Shown: one piece after another, positions 45,019 to 54,231 of the stretch
Numbering within the stretch: the stretch's first letter is position 1
How the letters are laid out: the number at the start of each line of letters is the position of its first letter
DNA from: Candidatus Limnocylindrales bacterium
GTDB taxonomy: Bacteria; Chloroflexota; Limnocylindria; Limnocylindrales; CSP1-4
Length of the DNA stretch: 64,000 nucleotides
Direction: 5' to 3'
NCBI GenBank assembly: GCA_038915815.1
Contig: JBCLCL010000006.1
Location: 279 to 64,278 of the forward strand
Made by a program: the position numbers and the translations under genes
The notes under the pieces: generated by a model
The model's database searches: none
Seen by the model: only the letters and a program-made list of their open reading frames with translations
What the model was told of the DNA's origin: nothing

Positions 45019-46224
45019 GTGGCTGCGGCGCACCGGTCGGGTGACGTGGCCAACCGGGTGATCGAGGCTCTGCAGAGGCTGAGACTCAGGTGGTTCCTCG
45101 CACGAGGGGCGCTCGGGTTCACCTCTGCCCTGCTCGAGACGAGTTATCGCATCTATTTGAATCACGCCAAGGTGATCCACTACCGCGACGGACACCCCGT
45201 CTACTCACTCTCCACTCCCGCCCTCTACAGCAAGCCCTCGGCGAATCTGCTGGCGCGATCGCTATATCGCACGATCCAGAACAGGAATCTGCCGAACATG
45301 ATGAGCCTGGCGGTGAACGACATATGCAACGCCATGTGCGAACACTGCAGTTTCTTCGAGGGCGTCGAGGACCTGACCCGGACGGTCCTGACGACGGGGC
45401 AGGCGTCCAAGGTCATCCGGCAAGGGCAGGAGCTGGGGGTCTCCGTCCTCAACTTCGTGGGCGGCGAACCCCTCCTCAGGGAGGATCTCCCCGAGCTTGT
45501 CAGTGCCGTCGACAAGGATCTCACGACAACGGTCATGTTCACCAATGGGTCGATCCTCTCGGACCGAGCTGCGAGCCTCCGCAAGGCTGGCCTCGACAGC
45601 GTCTACGTGAGCATCGATTCTGCTGATCCCGCCCAGCACGACCACTTCCGTGGCACTCCGGGCCTTTTCGACCAGGCCGTGTCGGGCATCGAAAAGGCGC
45701 TTCGCCTCGGGTTGTCGACGGGCATCTCCTGCACCATCACGCCCGAATCCTTCAAGCGGGGCGAGGTGGGTCGCATCATCGAGCTTGGCAAGGCGCTCGG
45801 CGTGCACGAAGTCCTTCTGTTCGATGCGATGCCGACGGGGCGCTACAGCGGACGGGCGGATCTCATCGACAACCAGGTCTGGGTCGAGGAGATGATCCAG
45901 GCCGCCGTGCCCTATAACCAGGATGCGTCGTGCCCGGGCGTCCTCGTCTGGGCCTACACGTCCGGCTACCGGGCGGTGGGCTGCTCGTGCGGTACGAGCT
46001 ACTTCTATGTCTCTCCCTACGGGGATGTCATGTCATGCGATTTCAACCACGCCGTCTTCGGGAATGTGCTTACCACACCGCTCTACCAGATCTGGGATTC
46101 GCTGACGTCGCGCGATGAGTTCAACCATTCGGCGTGGGGTGGTTGCAAAGTGAAGAATTCGGAGTTCCGCGAGTTGGAGTCCGTGGTCACCGGCGTCAGG
46201 GAACGGAGCGTGATGTCGAGATGA
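45019..46224 (+). CDS. Radical SAM enzyme with a C-terminal Cys-containing twitch/partial-SPASM-like domain
   Basis: Has the radical-SAM cluster AVNDICNAMCEHCSF (CxxxCxxC), the GGEPLL motif (NFVGGEPLL) and the tail GCSCGTSYFYVSPYGDVMSCDF...GGCKV. The start is uncertain (GTG 45019, 45046 or 45058). Confidence 0.85.
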   Translation: MAAAHRSGDVANRVIEALQRLRLRWFLARGALGFTSALLETSYRIYLNHAKVIHYRDGHPVYSLSTPALYSKPSANLLARSLYRTIQNRNLPNMMSLAVNDICNAMCEHCSFFEGVEDLTRTVLTTGQASKVIRQGQELGVSVLNFVGGEPLLREDLPELVSAVDKDLTTTVMFTNGSILSDRAASLRKAGLDSVYVSIDSADPAQHDHFRGTPGLFDQAVSGIEKALRLGLSTGISCTITPESFKRGEVGRIIELGKALGVHEVLLFDAMPTGRYSGRADLIDNQVWVEEMIQAAVPYNQDASCPGVLVWAYTSGYRAVGCSCGTSYFYVSPYGDVMSCDFNHAVFGNVLTTPLYQIWDSLTSRDEFNHSAWGGCKVKNSEFRELESVVTGVRERSVMSR

Positions 46225-47321
46225 CTTGGGAGCAGATCCAGGAACATGTCCGGGAGCACTACGCCAACTGGCCGACACCTGAGATCCTCCTGTTCGAGAT
46301 CTCGGTGGTCGTGGTGGCGGTCCTCGCCTATCGCTTCCTCGATGCCAGGGTCCTCAGGCTTCGGCAGCACTTCACACTTGTCGCCGTGGGCGTGTTCGCC
46401 CTGGAGTTCTTCACCGGGCCGATGTGGGAGAACCGGAATCTCGGCGTATGGGCCTACGTCTACAGCGACGTGAGCTGGATCTTCACCATCGCCTGGTCGA
46501 CGCTGATCCTGCTGACGGTGTATGGCGTGGACAACGTAGTCCGCCCACCGCGGAGCTGGCAACGTTTTGCGCTGTACCTGCTCGTTCTGACTCCGGTGAC
46601 GCTGCTTTTCGATGGCCTCTCCAAGGCCCTCGGGATCCGCGTCTACAGCCCCGAGGTCCTGGAGGCGGCCGGTCCCGCGCGGATCCCCGTCCTCGACGTA
46701 CCGGCGGCGGGCCTCTACTACATCCCGGTCTTCATGATCCTGGTGCTCTCCTTCTACAAGCACTGGCTGCCGATCGTCGAGCCCGGCGGGATGCCCGGTG
46801 ACCGGCTGCCGCTTGTCAACCGGTTGATCCTGACCACGGCCGCGGTGTTGCTGTTCGAGATCGTCGTCGAGCCGATGGCGACGAACCAGAACTTCCCGGC
46901 GTGGTCGTACGTCTTCCGTGACATCACGATCGTCATGACCGGGTTCTGGGTGCTGCTCGTGACGCTGTGCACGCTGGCGGTCGACCGGCTGCTGAGCGGA
47001 GTGGACTTCCGCCTGCGCTTTGCCGCCTACCTCGGGCTCATCGCCATCATCGCAACTCCGATCGAAGGCTGGTTCATCCAATCCGGCTATCGCGTCTATG
47101 GTCCGAGCGCGACGGCGGACTTCATCGGCTTCCGGACCCTGATCGGCGATCTCCCCCTCGAGGTCGTCGCGGCGATACCGATCTACCTTGCGCTCGTTAT
47201 CTCATTCGTCCGCTACTGGGACGGCAGCGTTGACCGGGGACTGGGCCTTCGGCCCCGTCGGTCGGCAGCTCACAGCGTCCCGGCCATGGACGCGGCAAGA
47301 CCGGTCGCGGGCCAGATCTGA
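46221..47321 (+). CDS. Polytopic membrane protein built from two homologous halves (internal duplication); unknown family
   Basis: Has an ATGA overlap with the radical SAM gene. Half 1 reads LEFFTGPMWENRNLGVWAYVYSD...GIRVYSPE...YYIPVFMILVLSFYKHW. Half 2 reads LFEIVVEPMATNQNFPAWSYVFRD...GYRVYGPS...AAIPIYLALVISFVRYW. Confidence 0.7.
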   Translation: MTWEQIQEHVREHYANWPTPEILLFEISVVVVAVLAYRFLDARVLRLRQHFTLVAVGVFALEFFTGPMWENRNLGVWAYVYSDVSWIFTIAWSTLILLTVYGVDNVVRPPRSWQRFALYLLVLTPVTLLFDGLSKALGIRVYSPEVLEAAGPARIPVLDVPAAGLYYIPVFMILVLSFYKHWLPIVEPGGMPGDRLPLVNRLILTTAAVLLFEIVVEPMATNQNFPAWSYVFRDITIVMTGFWVLLVTLCTLAVDRLLSGVDFRLRFAAYLGLIAIIATPIEGWFIQSGYRVYGPSATADFIGFRTLIGDLPLEVVAAIPIYLALVISFVRYWDGSVDRGLGLRPRRSAAHSVPAMDAARPVAGQI

Positions 47322-47346
47322 CTTCGGAGCCCGAGGAGGACGAGCG

Positions 47347-47670
47347 ATGGACAGCGAGCAGGAACGCCGCGGCGACTTGCCTGATCAGGCACCTTCGCCG
47401 TCTGACTCGGGGCCACCAGCCAAGAAAGGATGTGGCTTGTTTTTCGCGCGTTTGTTCGCGCGTTTGTTTGTCGGGGCGGTCGTCTCCTTCGTCTTCATGT
47501 CGGTGTTGTATGGGCCGGGCCAGGCTGTTCAAATCGTAGGCTTGGCCGTGATCTGCACGGCCGGCTTGAGCCTGATCGTGATCCTGCCCATGTGTTGGGT
47601 CGTGGGCTGGATCGTCATGGCCGCCTGGAGGGGGGTCTCGGGGCCGCGGGGCGTGCCCTCGGCATCCTGA
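47347..47670 (+). CDS. Small membrane protein (107 aa, 2 TM)
   Basis: ATG 47347. A polar N-terminus is followed by FFARLFARLFVGAVVSFVFMSVLYG and GLAVICTAGLSLIVILPMCWVVGWIVMAAW. Confidence 0.5.
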   Translation: MDSEQERRGDLPDQAPSPSDSGPPAKKGCGLFFARLFARLFVGAVVSFVFMSVLYGPGQAVQIVGLAVICTAGLSLIVILPMCWVVGWIVMAAWRGVSGPRGVPSAS

Positions 47671-47705
47671 CCAAGGGGCGAAACACCGCCGTGAGTCCAC
47701 AGGCG

Positions 47706-48692
47706 ATGACCCGGCCCTCACGTGTGACACGTGATCGGGCGCCGCTGCCCCCTTTCCTGATGGGCACGGACCGCCAGAGCGCCGATACCGCGTCTCTCCG
47801 CCGATCGTGGCTGCTCAAGCGGCTGGGTCGATTCGTCCTCGAGCGCTTCCCATTGCAGTCCTACGGGCCGCTCATCGTGGCGCTCGTGATCTGCGGCAGG
47901 GCGGCCGCCGCACTGGCCTCGGACGTGCCTCTCAGGGTGAATTGGGAAACCGCGGCGATCACGCTGGCCGTGGCATCCGCGTTCCTCCAGCTGCGGATCC
48001 TGGACGAGCTCAGGGACGAGGATCTTGACAGGGCAGGACGCCCTCAACGGCCCCTGCCCAGGGGACTGGTGACCGTGGCCGAACTGCGGGGTTTCGCAGC
48101 TGTCGCTGCTGTCTTCGGCCTTGCTTTTGCGGTGCCCCTCGGCGTCCCGGCGTTCGCCTGTTACCTGCTTGCGCTCGTCTCGATCTGGCTGCTCGGCGTG
48201 GACCTGCCACGCCGGCTCCCGATCGGCCATGGAGTTCTCACGTACGCGCTGATCCACTCCATCATCGCCCCCGAGATCCTGCTCTTCGTGTGGGCGACCG
48301 GGGCCGACCTGGCCGGAGGTGCCACCTTGGCGGCCGCGCTCCTGCTCGTATGGGCGGCCGGTCTTGCGATGGAGGTCGCACGGAAGATCCTGATGCCCAG
48401 CGAGGAGCGGAAAGGAGTGGAAACGTACTCGGCCGTACTCGGCCGCCCTCGCGCCATCCTGCTGGCGGCGACGGCACTGTCGGCCGCCTACCTTGGGGCC
48501 GGCGCCCTTGCGAGCTCGGTGCGGGCCCCGCTGGAGATATCGATCGTTCCCCTCCTCGCCGCGGGTGCCATCCCCCTGCTCGCCCGACAGTTTGGATACC
48601 GGATCGAGACAGCTGCCATCCAGTCCGCGGCTTCGATCCTGGTGCTGAGCGTGCTGCTATGGCCGCTGGTGATCGCGCTGGCAATGCCGTGA
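47706..48692 (+). CDS. UbiA-superfamily prenyltransferase-like membrane protein (divergent second motif)
   Basis: The first Asp-rich motif with its RP-loop is present (RILDELRDEDLDRAGRPQRPLPRGLV). The second-motif region reads MPSEERKGVETYSAVLG, with Glu where Asp is usual. About 8 TM segments. The start may be 47706 or 47760. Confidence 0.7.
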   Translation: MTRPSRVTRDRAPLPPFLMGTDRQSADTASLRRSWLLKRLGRFVLERFPLQSYGPLIVALVICGRAAAALASDVPLRVNWETAAITLAVASAFLQLRILDELRDEDLDRAGRPQRPLPRGLVTVAELRGFAAVAAVFGLAFAVPLGVPAFACYLLALVSIWLLGVDLPRRLPIGHGVLTYALIHSIIAPEILLFVWATGADLAGGATLAAALLLVWAAGLAMEVARKILMPSEERKGVETYSAVLGRPRAILLAATALSAAYLGAGALASSVRAPLEISIVPLLAAGAIPLLARQFGYRIETAAIQSAASILVLSVLLWPLVIALAMP

Positions 48693-51295
48693 CGGATTCC
48701 AAAGTCGGCGGAGAGCGCTCGCCGATCTACGAACCTGCCTCCAGGGCTGCCGTGCCTTCGGACGTGGGCGGCAAGGCACTTGGCCTGCTCGCCATTGCCG
48801 AGGCGGGCCTGGACACGCCGCCGTGGTTTGCAATGCTTCCCGGGTCAGTGCAGGCGGACGGGTCAGTCTCCGAGGCAGTCAGAGTCCAGGTCGCGGAGGC
48901 GTGCCAGCGACTCGGATCCGGTGGCGCAGAGAGCTTCGCTATTCGGTCGTCAGCTCAGGACGAGGACGCGCCAGGGCAGTCGTTTGCCGGGCAGTACCTC
49001 AGCAGGCTCGACGTTCGGGGCGTCGACAACGTTCTCGAGGCGATCGTGAGCTGCGCCCAGTGGCCAACTCGGGGAGGCGTCGACGCCTATCGGCGCGCAC
49101 AGGGACAGGGCTCGACCAACCTTCCGCTCGCCGTGATCGTTCAGCTGTTCGTGCCTCCCGGCAGCGCCGGGGTGGCGTTCAGTCGCGCGCCGCTGTCGGG
49201 AGATGACGAGGTGGTGATCGCCGCCACGCGCCGGGCCGGCGCGCTGACAGGCGGCGCAGTAAACGGCGACGAGTACCGCGTCGCAGCCGATGATCGGGTA
49301 GCCGTCGTCCGGGTCGACCCGGAGGAGTCGCCTCCGATGCCTGGTCAGGGCGGGACCCTCGGGCGGGTGGACGGCGGTCCGCACAACGGGCGCGTCCTCG
49401 CCGACGAGCAGGCGCGCTTCGTGGCTCAGGCAGCGAGGCTGCTCGAGCGACGGCGCGGCGCACCGCAGGATATCGAATGGGCGTACTCGGCGACGGGGCA
49501 GCTCTTCGTCCTCCAGGCGCGACCCATCACAGCGCTCCCTCCGGCGTCATCTCCGCGGGCGCAGGTCCGACTCTGGGACAACGCCAACATCGTCGAGAGC
49601 TTCCCGGAGCTCACGCTTCCCCTCACCTTTTCGGTGGCCGTCGGAGTGTACGCAACGGTGTATCGCGCCGCATGCCTCGCATTGGGCGTGCCGCGCGCGA
49701 CCGTGGAGCGGGAAGCGCCTGTGTTCGTGCAGATGCTCGGGCTCCTTCAGGGACGGGTCTACTACAACCTGACAAGCTGGTATCGCGTCCTGGCCCTGCT
49801 GCCGGGGTTCCGGCTGACTGCGGGCTTCCTCGAGGCCATGATGGGAACCGCACGACCGGGCGCCAAGCCCAATGAGCGGACCGTCCCCGTCGTTGCCCGG
49901 GCCACGCGCTGGTGGGAGATCGCCGGGATGACCGTGCGTTTGTCATACCGGCTGCTCCGGTTCGGCTCCGACGCAGCGCGCTTCCAGGCATCCATCGCCC
50001 AGCTGCTTGAGATCCATCGCGAGGCCCCGGCTCCGGGCGCGTCACCCGAGGCACTCCTGGCCGACTTCGATCGGTTCCGCGCGAGCGCCCTCCGGGATTG
50101 GCGTGCGCCCATCATGAATGACCTCTTTCTGATGTTGTCGCACGGCGCCCTGAGGCGCGTGGCCGACCGCTGGCTCGGGACCGACGCACGAAGCCTCGTC
50201 AATGCCCTCATCGTCCAGGGGACCGTCGTGAGCGCGTTGCCCGGGAAGGATCTCCTCCGGATCGCTGCCGCCATTCGCGAGCGAAGCGATTGGTACGACG
50301 TCATCATGTCGACGCCGCCCGAGACACTCCGCGCACGCCTCGACGCCGAGCCCGAGCTCGCTGGGCTTTCTGCGCTGATCGAGGGCTATCTCGAGACCTG
50401 GGGCGACAGGTCTCCCCGTGAATTGCAGCTGGAGCGTCCCAGCTACCGAGACGATCCCCTGCCGCTGCTCCGCGCCGTACGCTCACTGGTCAGCGCTTCG
50501 TCGACCGGGCGGGAAGGAGTCGCCGTTCAGGCCGCACTGCACGTCCGCCGTCGCTTGCTCACCCGTCAGCTGGGGCTGCTCCGCGTGGCGGTCTTCTCGG
50601 TCCTCCTTCGCGCAACTCGCCGGCACATCGGGTGGCGGGAGGAGATGCGACTGGCAAGGGGGCAGGTGTTCGGGGTTGGACGACGGATCTTCCGACGCCT
50701 GGGCGAAGCGTTGAGCGACCAGGGAGCCCTCGAGCGACCCGAGGACGTCCACTACCTGTCCCTGGACGAACTCCGCGGGATGATCACGGGCACGGCGGTC
50801 GTCGGCGATCCTCGAGCACTCGTGCGCCTGCGTCGAGCTCAGTACGACGACTATGCCTCCCGCCCCCGGCTGCCATCCCGATTCGAAACCAGAGGCCTTG
50901 TAGTCGACCCTCTCGGCCTGGACCCTTCGATCGGCACCCCGGCACCGAACCGCGGGCTCCGTGCGTGGAAGGGTATCGGCACCTCGAACGGGCGGGCGAG
51001 AGCCCCGTGCCTCGTCGTGCGCGATCCGACCCAAGTGACCCTCATGCCCGGGCATATCATCGTGGCCCGCACGACGGACCCCGGATGGGTCCCTATCCTC
51101 GTGGGCGCAGCGGGACTGCTCGTCGAGCAAGGAAGCCTGCTGTCGCATTCCGCGATCGTCGCGCGGGAGCTTGGGATCCCGATGGTCGTTGGCCTGGACG
51201 GCCTGCTTGATCTCGTGCGGACTGGGGACGTCCTCGAACTGGATGGTTCCACCGGGGAGGTGAGGATGGAGACCGCGCTGGACGGAGCCGCGTGA
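48689..51295 (+). CDS. PEP-utilising-enzyme family phosphotransferase: ATP-grasp (PPDK_N-like) N-terminus + swivel phospho-His C-terminus, no PEP/pyruvate barrel (rifampin-phosphotransferase-like architecture)
   Basis: GTG 48689 overlaps the upstream stop. The N-terminus has GGKALGLLAI...FAIRSSAQDEDAPGQSFAGQY. The C-terminus has IIVARTTDPGWVPILVGAAGLLVEQGSLLSHSAIVARELGIPMVVGL. Length is 868 aa. Confidence 0.8.
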   Translation: MTDSKVGGERSPIYEPASRAAVPSDVGGKALGLLAIAEAGLDTPPWFAMLPGSVQADGSVSEAVRVQVAEACQRLGSGGAESFAIRSSAQDEDAPGQSFAGQYLSRLDVRGVDNVLEAIVSCAQWPTRGGVDAYRRAQGQGSTNLPLAVIVQLFVPPGSAGVAFSRAPLSGDDEVVIAATRRAGALTGGAVNGDEYRVAADDRVAVVRVDPEESPPMPGQGGTLGRVDGGPHNGRVLADEQARFVAQAARLLERRRGAPQDIEWAYSATGQLFVLQARPITALPPASSPRAQVRLWDNANIVESFPELTLPLTFSVAVGVYATVYRAACLALGVPRATVEREAPVFVQMLGLLQGRVYYNLTSWYRVLALLPGFRLTAGFLEAMMGTARPGAKPNERTVPVVARATRWWEIAGMTVRLSYRLLRFGSDAARFQASIAQLLEIHREAPAPGASPEALLADFDRFRASALRDWRAPIMNDLFLMLSHGALRRVADRWLGTDARSLVNALIVQGTVVSALPGKDLLRIAAAIRERSDWYDVIMSTPPETLRARLDAEPELAGLSALIEGYLETWGDRSPRELQLERPSYRDDPLPLLRAVRSLVSASSTGREGVAVQAALHVRRRLLTRQLGLLRVAVFSVLLRATRRHIGWREEMRLARGQVFGVGRRIFRRLGEALSDQGALERPEDVHYLSLDELRGMITGTAVVGDPRALVRLRRAQYDDYASRPRLPSRFETRGLVVDPLGLDPSIGTPAPNRGLRAWKGIGTSNGRARAPCLVVRDPTQVTLMPGHIIVARTTDPGWVPILVGAAGLLVEQGSLLSHSAIVARELGIPMVVGLDGLLDLVRTGDVLELDGSTGEVRMETALDGAA

Positions 51296-52413
51296 CTGCG
51301 ACCCGCGGGCCGGAGACACTCGGTCGCGACCTGCTCTACTCCCAGTGCTGGGAAGATGTCGACGTCGCGCGGGCAGCGCTCCGGATTCGACCCGGGAACA
51401 CGGTGCTGACGATCGGAGCCGCGGGCGACAACACGCTCGCCCTCCTGCAGGACGACCCCGGCTGCGTGCTGGCCCTTGATGTGAACCCGTCGCAGACGGC
51501 CCTGATGCATCTCAAGATGGCCGCCATCGGGCGCCTGGTCGATGCCGGGCAGGTCAGCCGTTTCCTGGGGGGAACATCCTCCCCGGATCGAACCGCGGTC
51601 TACAAGACCCTGCGCACAACGCTCGCGCCGGAGGCGCAGCGCTACTGGGATGGCAATCTGCCGATGATCGAGGGCGGGGTGATCCACGCAGGAAGATTCG
51701 AACGCTACCTCTCAGGTTTCCGACGCGCGGTCCTACCCCTTGTGCCCGGGCGACGAGCCGTTCGAGAGATGCTGCGCGCGACAAGCCTCGACGTGCAGCG
51801 CCGCATCTACCATGAGAGCTGGGACACGAGTCGCTGGCGGCTGCTGTTCAGGCTCTTCTTCAGCCGGAGCCTCATGGGACGCTTCGGACGAGACCCGGCC
51901 TTCTTCGCCCAGTGCGAGATCGCCGACATCGGCGATCACTATCTGTTGCGGGCTGAGCATGCACTCACCAACCTGCCGATCTGGACCAACCCATACCTCA
52001 CCTACATGCTCAGTGGGAGATTCGGCACCGACCGGCGGATTCCTGATTACCTGCGGCCCGCGGTGCAAGCGATCGTGCGTGAGCGGATCGACCGCGTCGT
52101 GGTCCAGACGGCAAGCCTCGACGACGTGCTCAGGGACCTGCCCTCGGACTCCGTCGACGCGTTCTACCTCTCGGACGTCTTCGAGCTCTCCACGATGACG
52201 GAGTACTCTTCGACGCTCACAGAGATCGCCAGGGTTGGCCGGGTGGGTGCCCGCATCTGCTACTGGAACAATCTCGTCACCCGCCGTCGCCCAGACGCGC
52301 TGGCGGGTGCGCTCGTGAGCCATCAGGACGAGGCCAGGTCACTCCACGCACAGGACAGGGCCTTTCTCTACTCGAGGTTGGTCATCGAGTCCGTGCGGAG
52401 TCGCGCTGGATGA
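51292..52413 (+). CDS. DUF3419 / BtaA-like SAM-dependent protein (second paralogue in the window)
   Basis: Contains LLYSQCWEDVDVARAALRIRPGNTVLTIGAAGDNTLALL...VLALDVNPSQTALMHLK and a C-terminal LSDVFE. Has a GTGA overlap with the upstream gene. Confidence 0.75.
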   Translation: MTATRGPETLGRDLLYSQCWEDVDVARAALRIRPGNTVLTIGAAGDNTLALLQDDPGCVLALDVNPSQTALMHLKMAAIGRLVDAGQVSRFLGGTSSPDRTAVYKTLRTTLAPEAQRYWDGNLPMIEGGVIHAGRFERYLSGFRRAVLPLVPGRRAVREMLRATSLDVQRRIYHESWDTSRWRLLFRLFFSRSLMGRFGRDPAFFAQCEIADIGDHYLLRAEHALTNLPIWTNPYLTYMLSGRFGTDRRIPDYLRPAVQAIVRERIDRVVVQTASLDDVLRDLPSDSVDAFYLSDVFELSTMTEYSSTLTEIARVGRVGARICYWNNLVTRRRPDALAGALVSHQDEARSLHAQDRAFLYSRLVIESVRSRAG

Positions 52414-53198
52414 TGGGCGAGACATGGGCGCCGATGCTCCTCGTGGCCGGCTCATACCTGGCCATGTTCGGGATCGGCGAACTGTTGCGCCGGGCACGAC
52501 TCGCCCGCGCCGAGGTGACCCGCAGGTCCAACCACGTCGGCGCGGGTGTCATCGCTCTGGCCTTGCCGCTGCTCTTTGATTCACCCTGGCCCGTTCTCGC
52601 CCTTGCAGTCCCATTTGTGGCGTTTCTGTTGGCAACCAAGCTCATCGGATGGCTTGGCTCGGTGCATGGGATTTCGCGCCGAAGCGCCGGGGCCTTCCTC
52701 TACCCAGTGTCGATCGCCGCCACCTTCGTGATCGCTTCGGATAACTACCCTCACTACGCGATCGCCGTTCTTGCGCTGGCCCTCGGAGACCCCGCGGCCG
52801 GGGTTGCCGGCGAACGCTGGAAGCAGCACTCGTATTCTGCCTGGGGACAGGTGAAGACGTGGGAAGGATCGCTTGCGGCGTTGACCGTCACGACCGCGCT
52901 GTCCAGTTCCGTTCTCGTGCTCATTGGCGTTCCACCCGTGGGCGCGTGCGTGACGGGGGCCTTCATCGGCGTCGTGGTTGCCCTGATCGAGGGCGCGCTG
53001 CCGTGGGGGTTGGACAATCTCGGGATCCCCCTCGCGACACTTGCTTCCCTGAGCGCTGCGGGGTCGGCCGTGTCCGCCGTCCTCACGGTGCTGGGCGCCG
53101 CAGCGCTGTTCGGACTGGCCCTGACTGCACCGCGGCTGCCAGGCGCTCGCCGCCGTGGGCGCCCCACGCAACGAGCGGTCGGCTCCGATGCAGAGTGA
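52410..53198 (+). CDS. CTP-transferase-1 superfamily membrane protein (phytol/dolichol-kinase or CdsA/CarS-like)
   Basis: ATGA overlap with the upstream gene. About 7 TM segments. Has the signature LGDPAAGVAGERW...GQVKTWEGSLA (GD...G...K-T/S-x-E-G-S). Confidence 0.65.
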   Translation: MMGETWAPMLLVAGSYLAMFGIGELLRRARLARAEVTRRSNHVGAGVIALALPLLFDSPWPVLALAVPFVAFLLATKLIGWLGSVHGISRRSAGAFLYPVSIAATFVIASDNYPHYAIAVLALALGDPAAGVAGERWKQHSYSAWGQVKTWEGSLAALTVTTALSSSVLVLIGVPPVGACVTGAFIGVVVALIEGALPWGLDNLGIPLATLASLSAAGSAVSAVLTVLGAAALFGLALTAPRLPGARRRGRPTQRAVGSDAE

Positions 53199-54231
53199 GC
53201 TGCTCGAGTTCGGTTCCCGAAACCCCGGCCCGATAGCGCCGCTCCTGTCGCTGTCGCCCATGGAGGCGGCACTGCTGGCGCCCGATCACCCATTCCTGCA
53301 GTTCGGGGAGTGGCGAGCATTCGCGGTCCAGCTTGGAGGCATCGTCGTCGCTCGCCTGGTCGCCAGCATCGACTCCCGGCAGCGGACAACGGCGAGGACG
53401 GTGGGCTGCATCGGATTCGCAAACGTGCGCACGCGGGAAGCTGGATCCCCTCCCGCCCGGGCGGCCGCGGAGCGGGTCCTCACAGCGGCGGTCAGATGGC
53501 TCCAGGACCGGGGAGTCAGCGTGATCCGGTGCCCGGTGCAGTTTTCGACGTGGTACGGCCATCGCGCCATGACGGCCGGCTTCCCGAGCTCGGGCGGCGC
53601 GCCGGCGTTTCCGATGGAACCTCAAGACGATCGCGACCTCGTCGATCTCGTGCTGGCGAGCGACTTTGCTCCCGTGCATCGCGCCGTCTCTTACGCTGTC
53701 CGGTCCGACGCGGTCATCGCCAGCGCAGGTCCCGCGCTCGACCGGCTGGGCAAGGCCGGCCTCCATGCCAGGCCCATCCGGATCTCCCAGTTGGAGGAGG
53801 AACTCCGCCTGCTCCACCAGTTGTCGGTCGATGTCTTCCGAGACAGTTGGGGGTTCAGCGAGATCTCGTTCGATGAATTCTCGTCGTTGTACCGTCCGAC
53901 GGCGGATCTCGCCGACGCTGAACTCATTCGGATTCTCGAGACCGCCAACGAGCATGCGCTCGGATTCGCATTCGCGATGCCTCACTTCCCGGGTCACACC
54001 GGAGCCGGCGGCTTCATCGTGAAGACACTCGGGTTGTTACCCGAGGCACGCCGGCGGTATCCGGGGGTCGGCGCAGGTCTGACAGCGTGGATCCATCAGG
54101 CTGCCCTTGAGCGCGGGCATGTGGGTGGCATCCACGCGCTGATGGCCCAAGGATCGATGGCGCACCGGATGACGATGCGCTGGGGGACACAACTACGGTC
54201 GTACGCGACCTTTGAGCGAGCGAACCCGTGA
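53188..54231 (+). CDS. Two-lobed GNAT-like N-acyltransferase
   Basis: The N-lobe has VGCIGFANV...AAERVLTAAVRWLQDRGVSVIRCP. The C-lobe has LGFAFAMP...IVKTLGLLPEARRRYPGVGAGLTAWIHQAALERG (a Q/R-x-x-G-x-G/A acyl-CoA loop). Overlaps the upstream gene by 11 nt. Confidence 0.55.
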   Translation: MQSELLEFGSRNPGPIAPLLSLSPMEAALLAPDHPFLQFGEWRAFAVQLGGIVVARLVASIDSRQRTTARTVGCIGFANVRTREAGSPPARAAAERVLTAAVRWLQDRGVSVIRCPVQFSTWYGHRAMTAGFPSSGGAPAFPMEPQDDRDLVDLVLASDFAPVHRAVSYAVRSDAVIASAGPALDRLGKAGLHARPIRISQLEEELRLLHQLSVDVFRDSWGFSEISFDEFSSLYRPTADLADAELIRILETANEHALGFAFAMPHFPGHTGAGGFIVKTLGLLPEARRRYPGVGAGLTAWIHQAALERGHVGGIHALMAQGSMAHRMTMRWGTQLRSYATFERANP

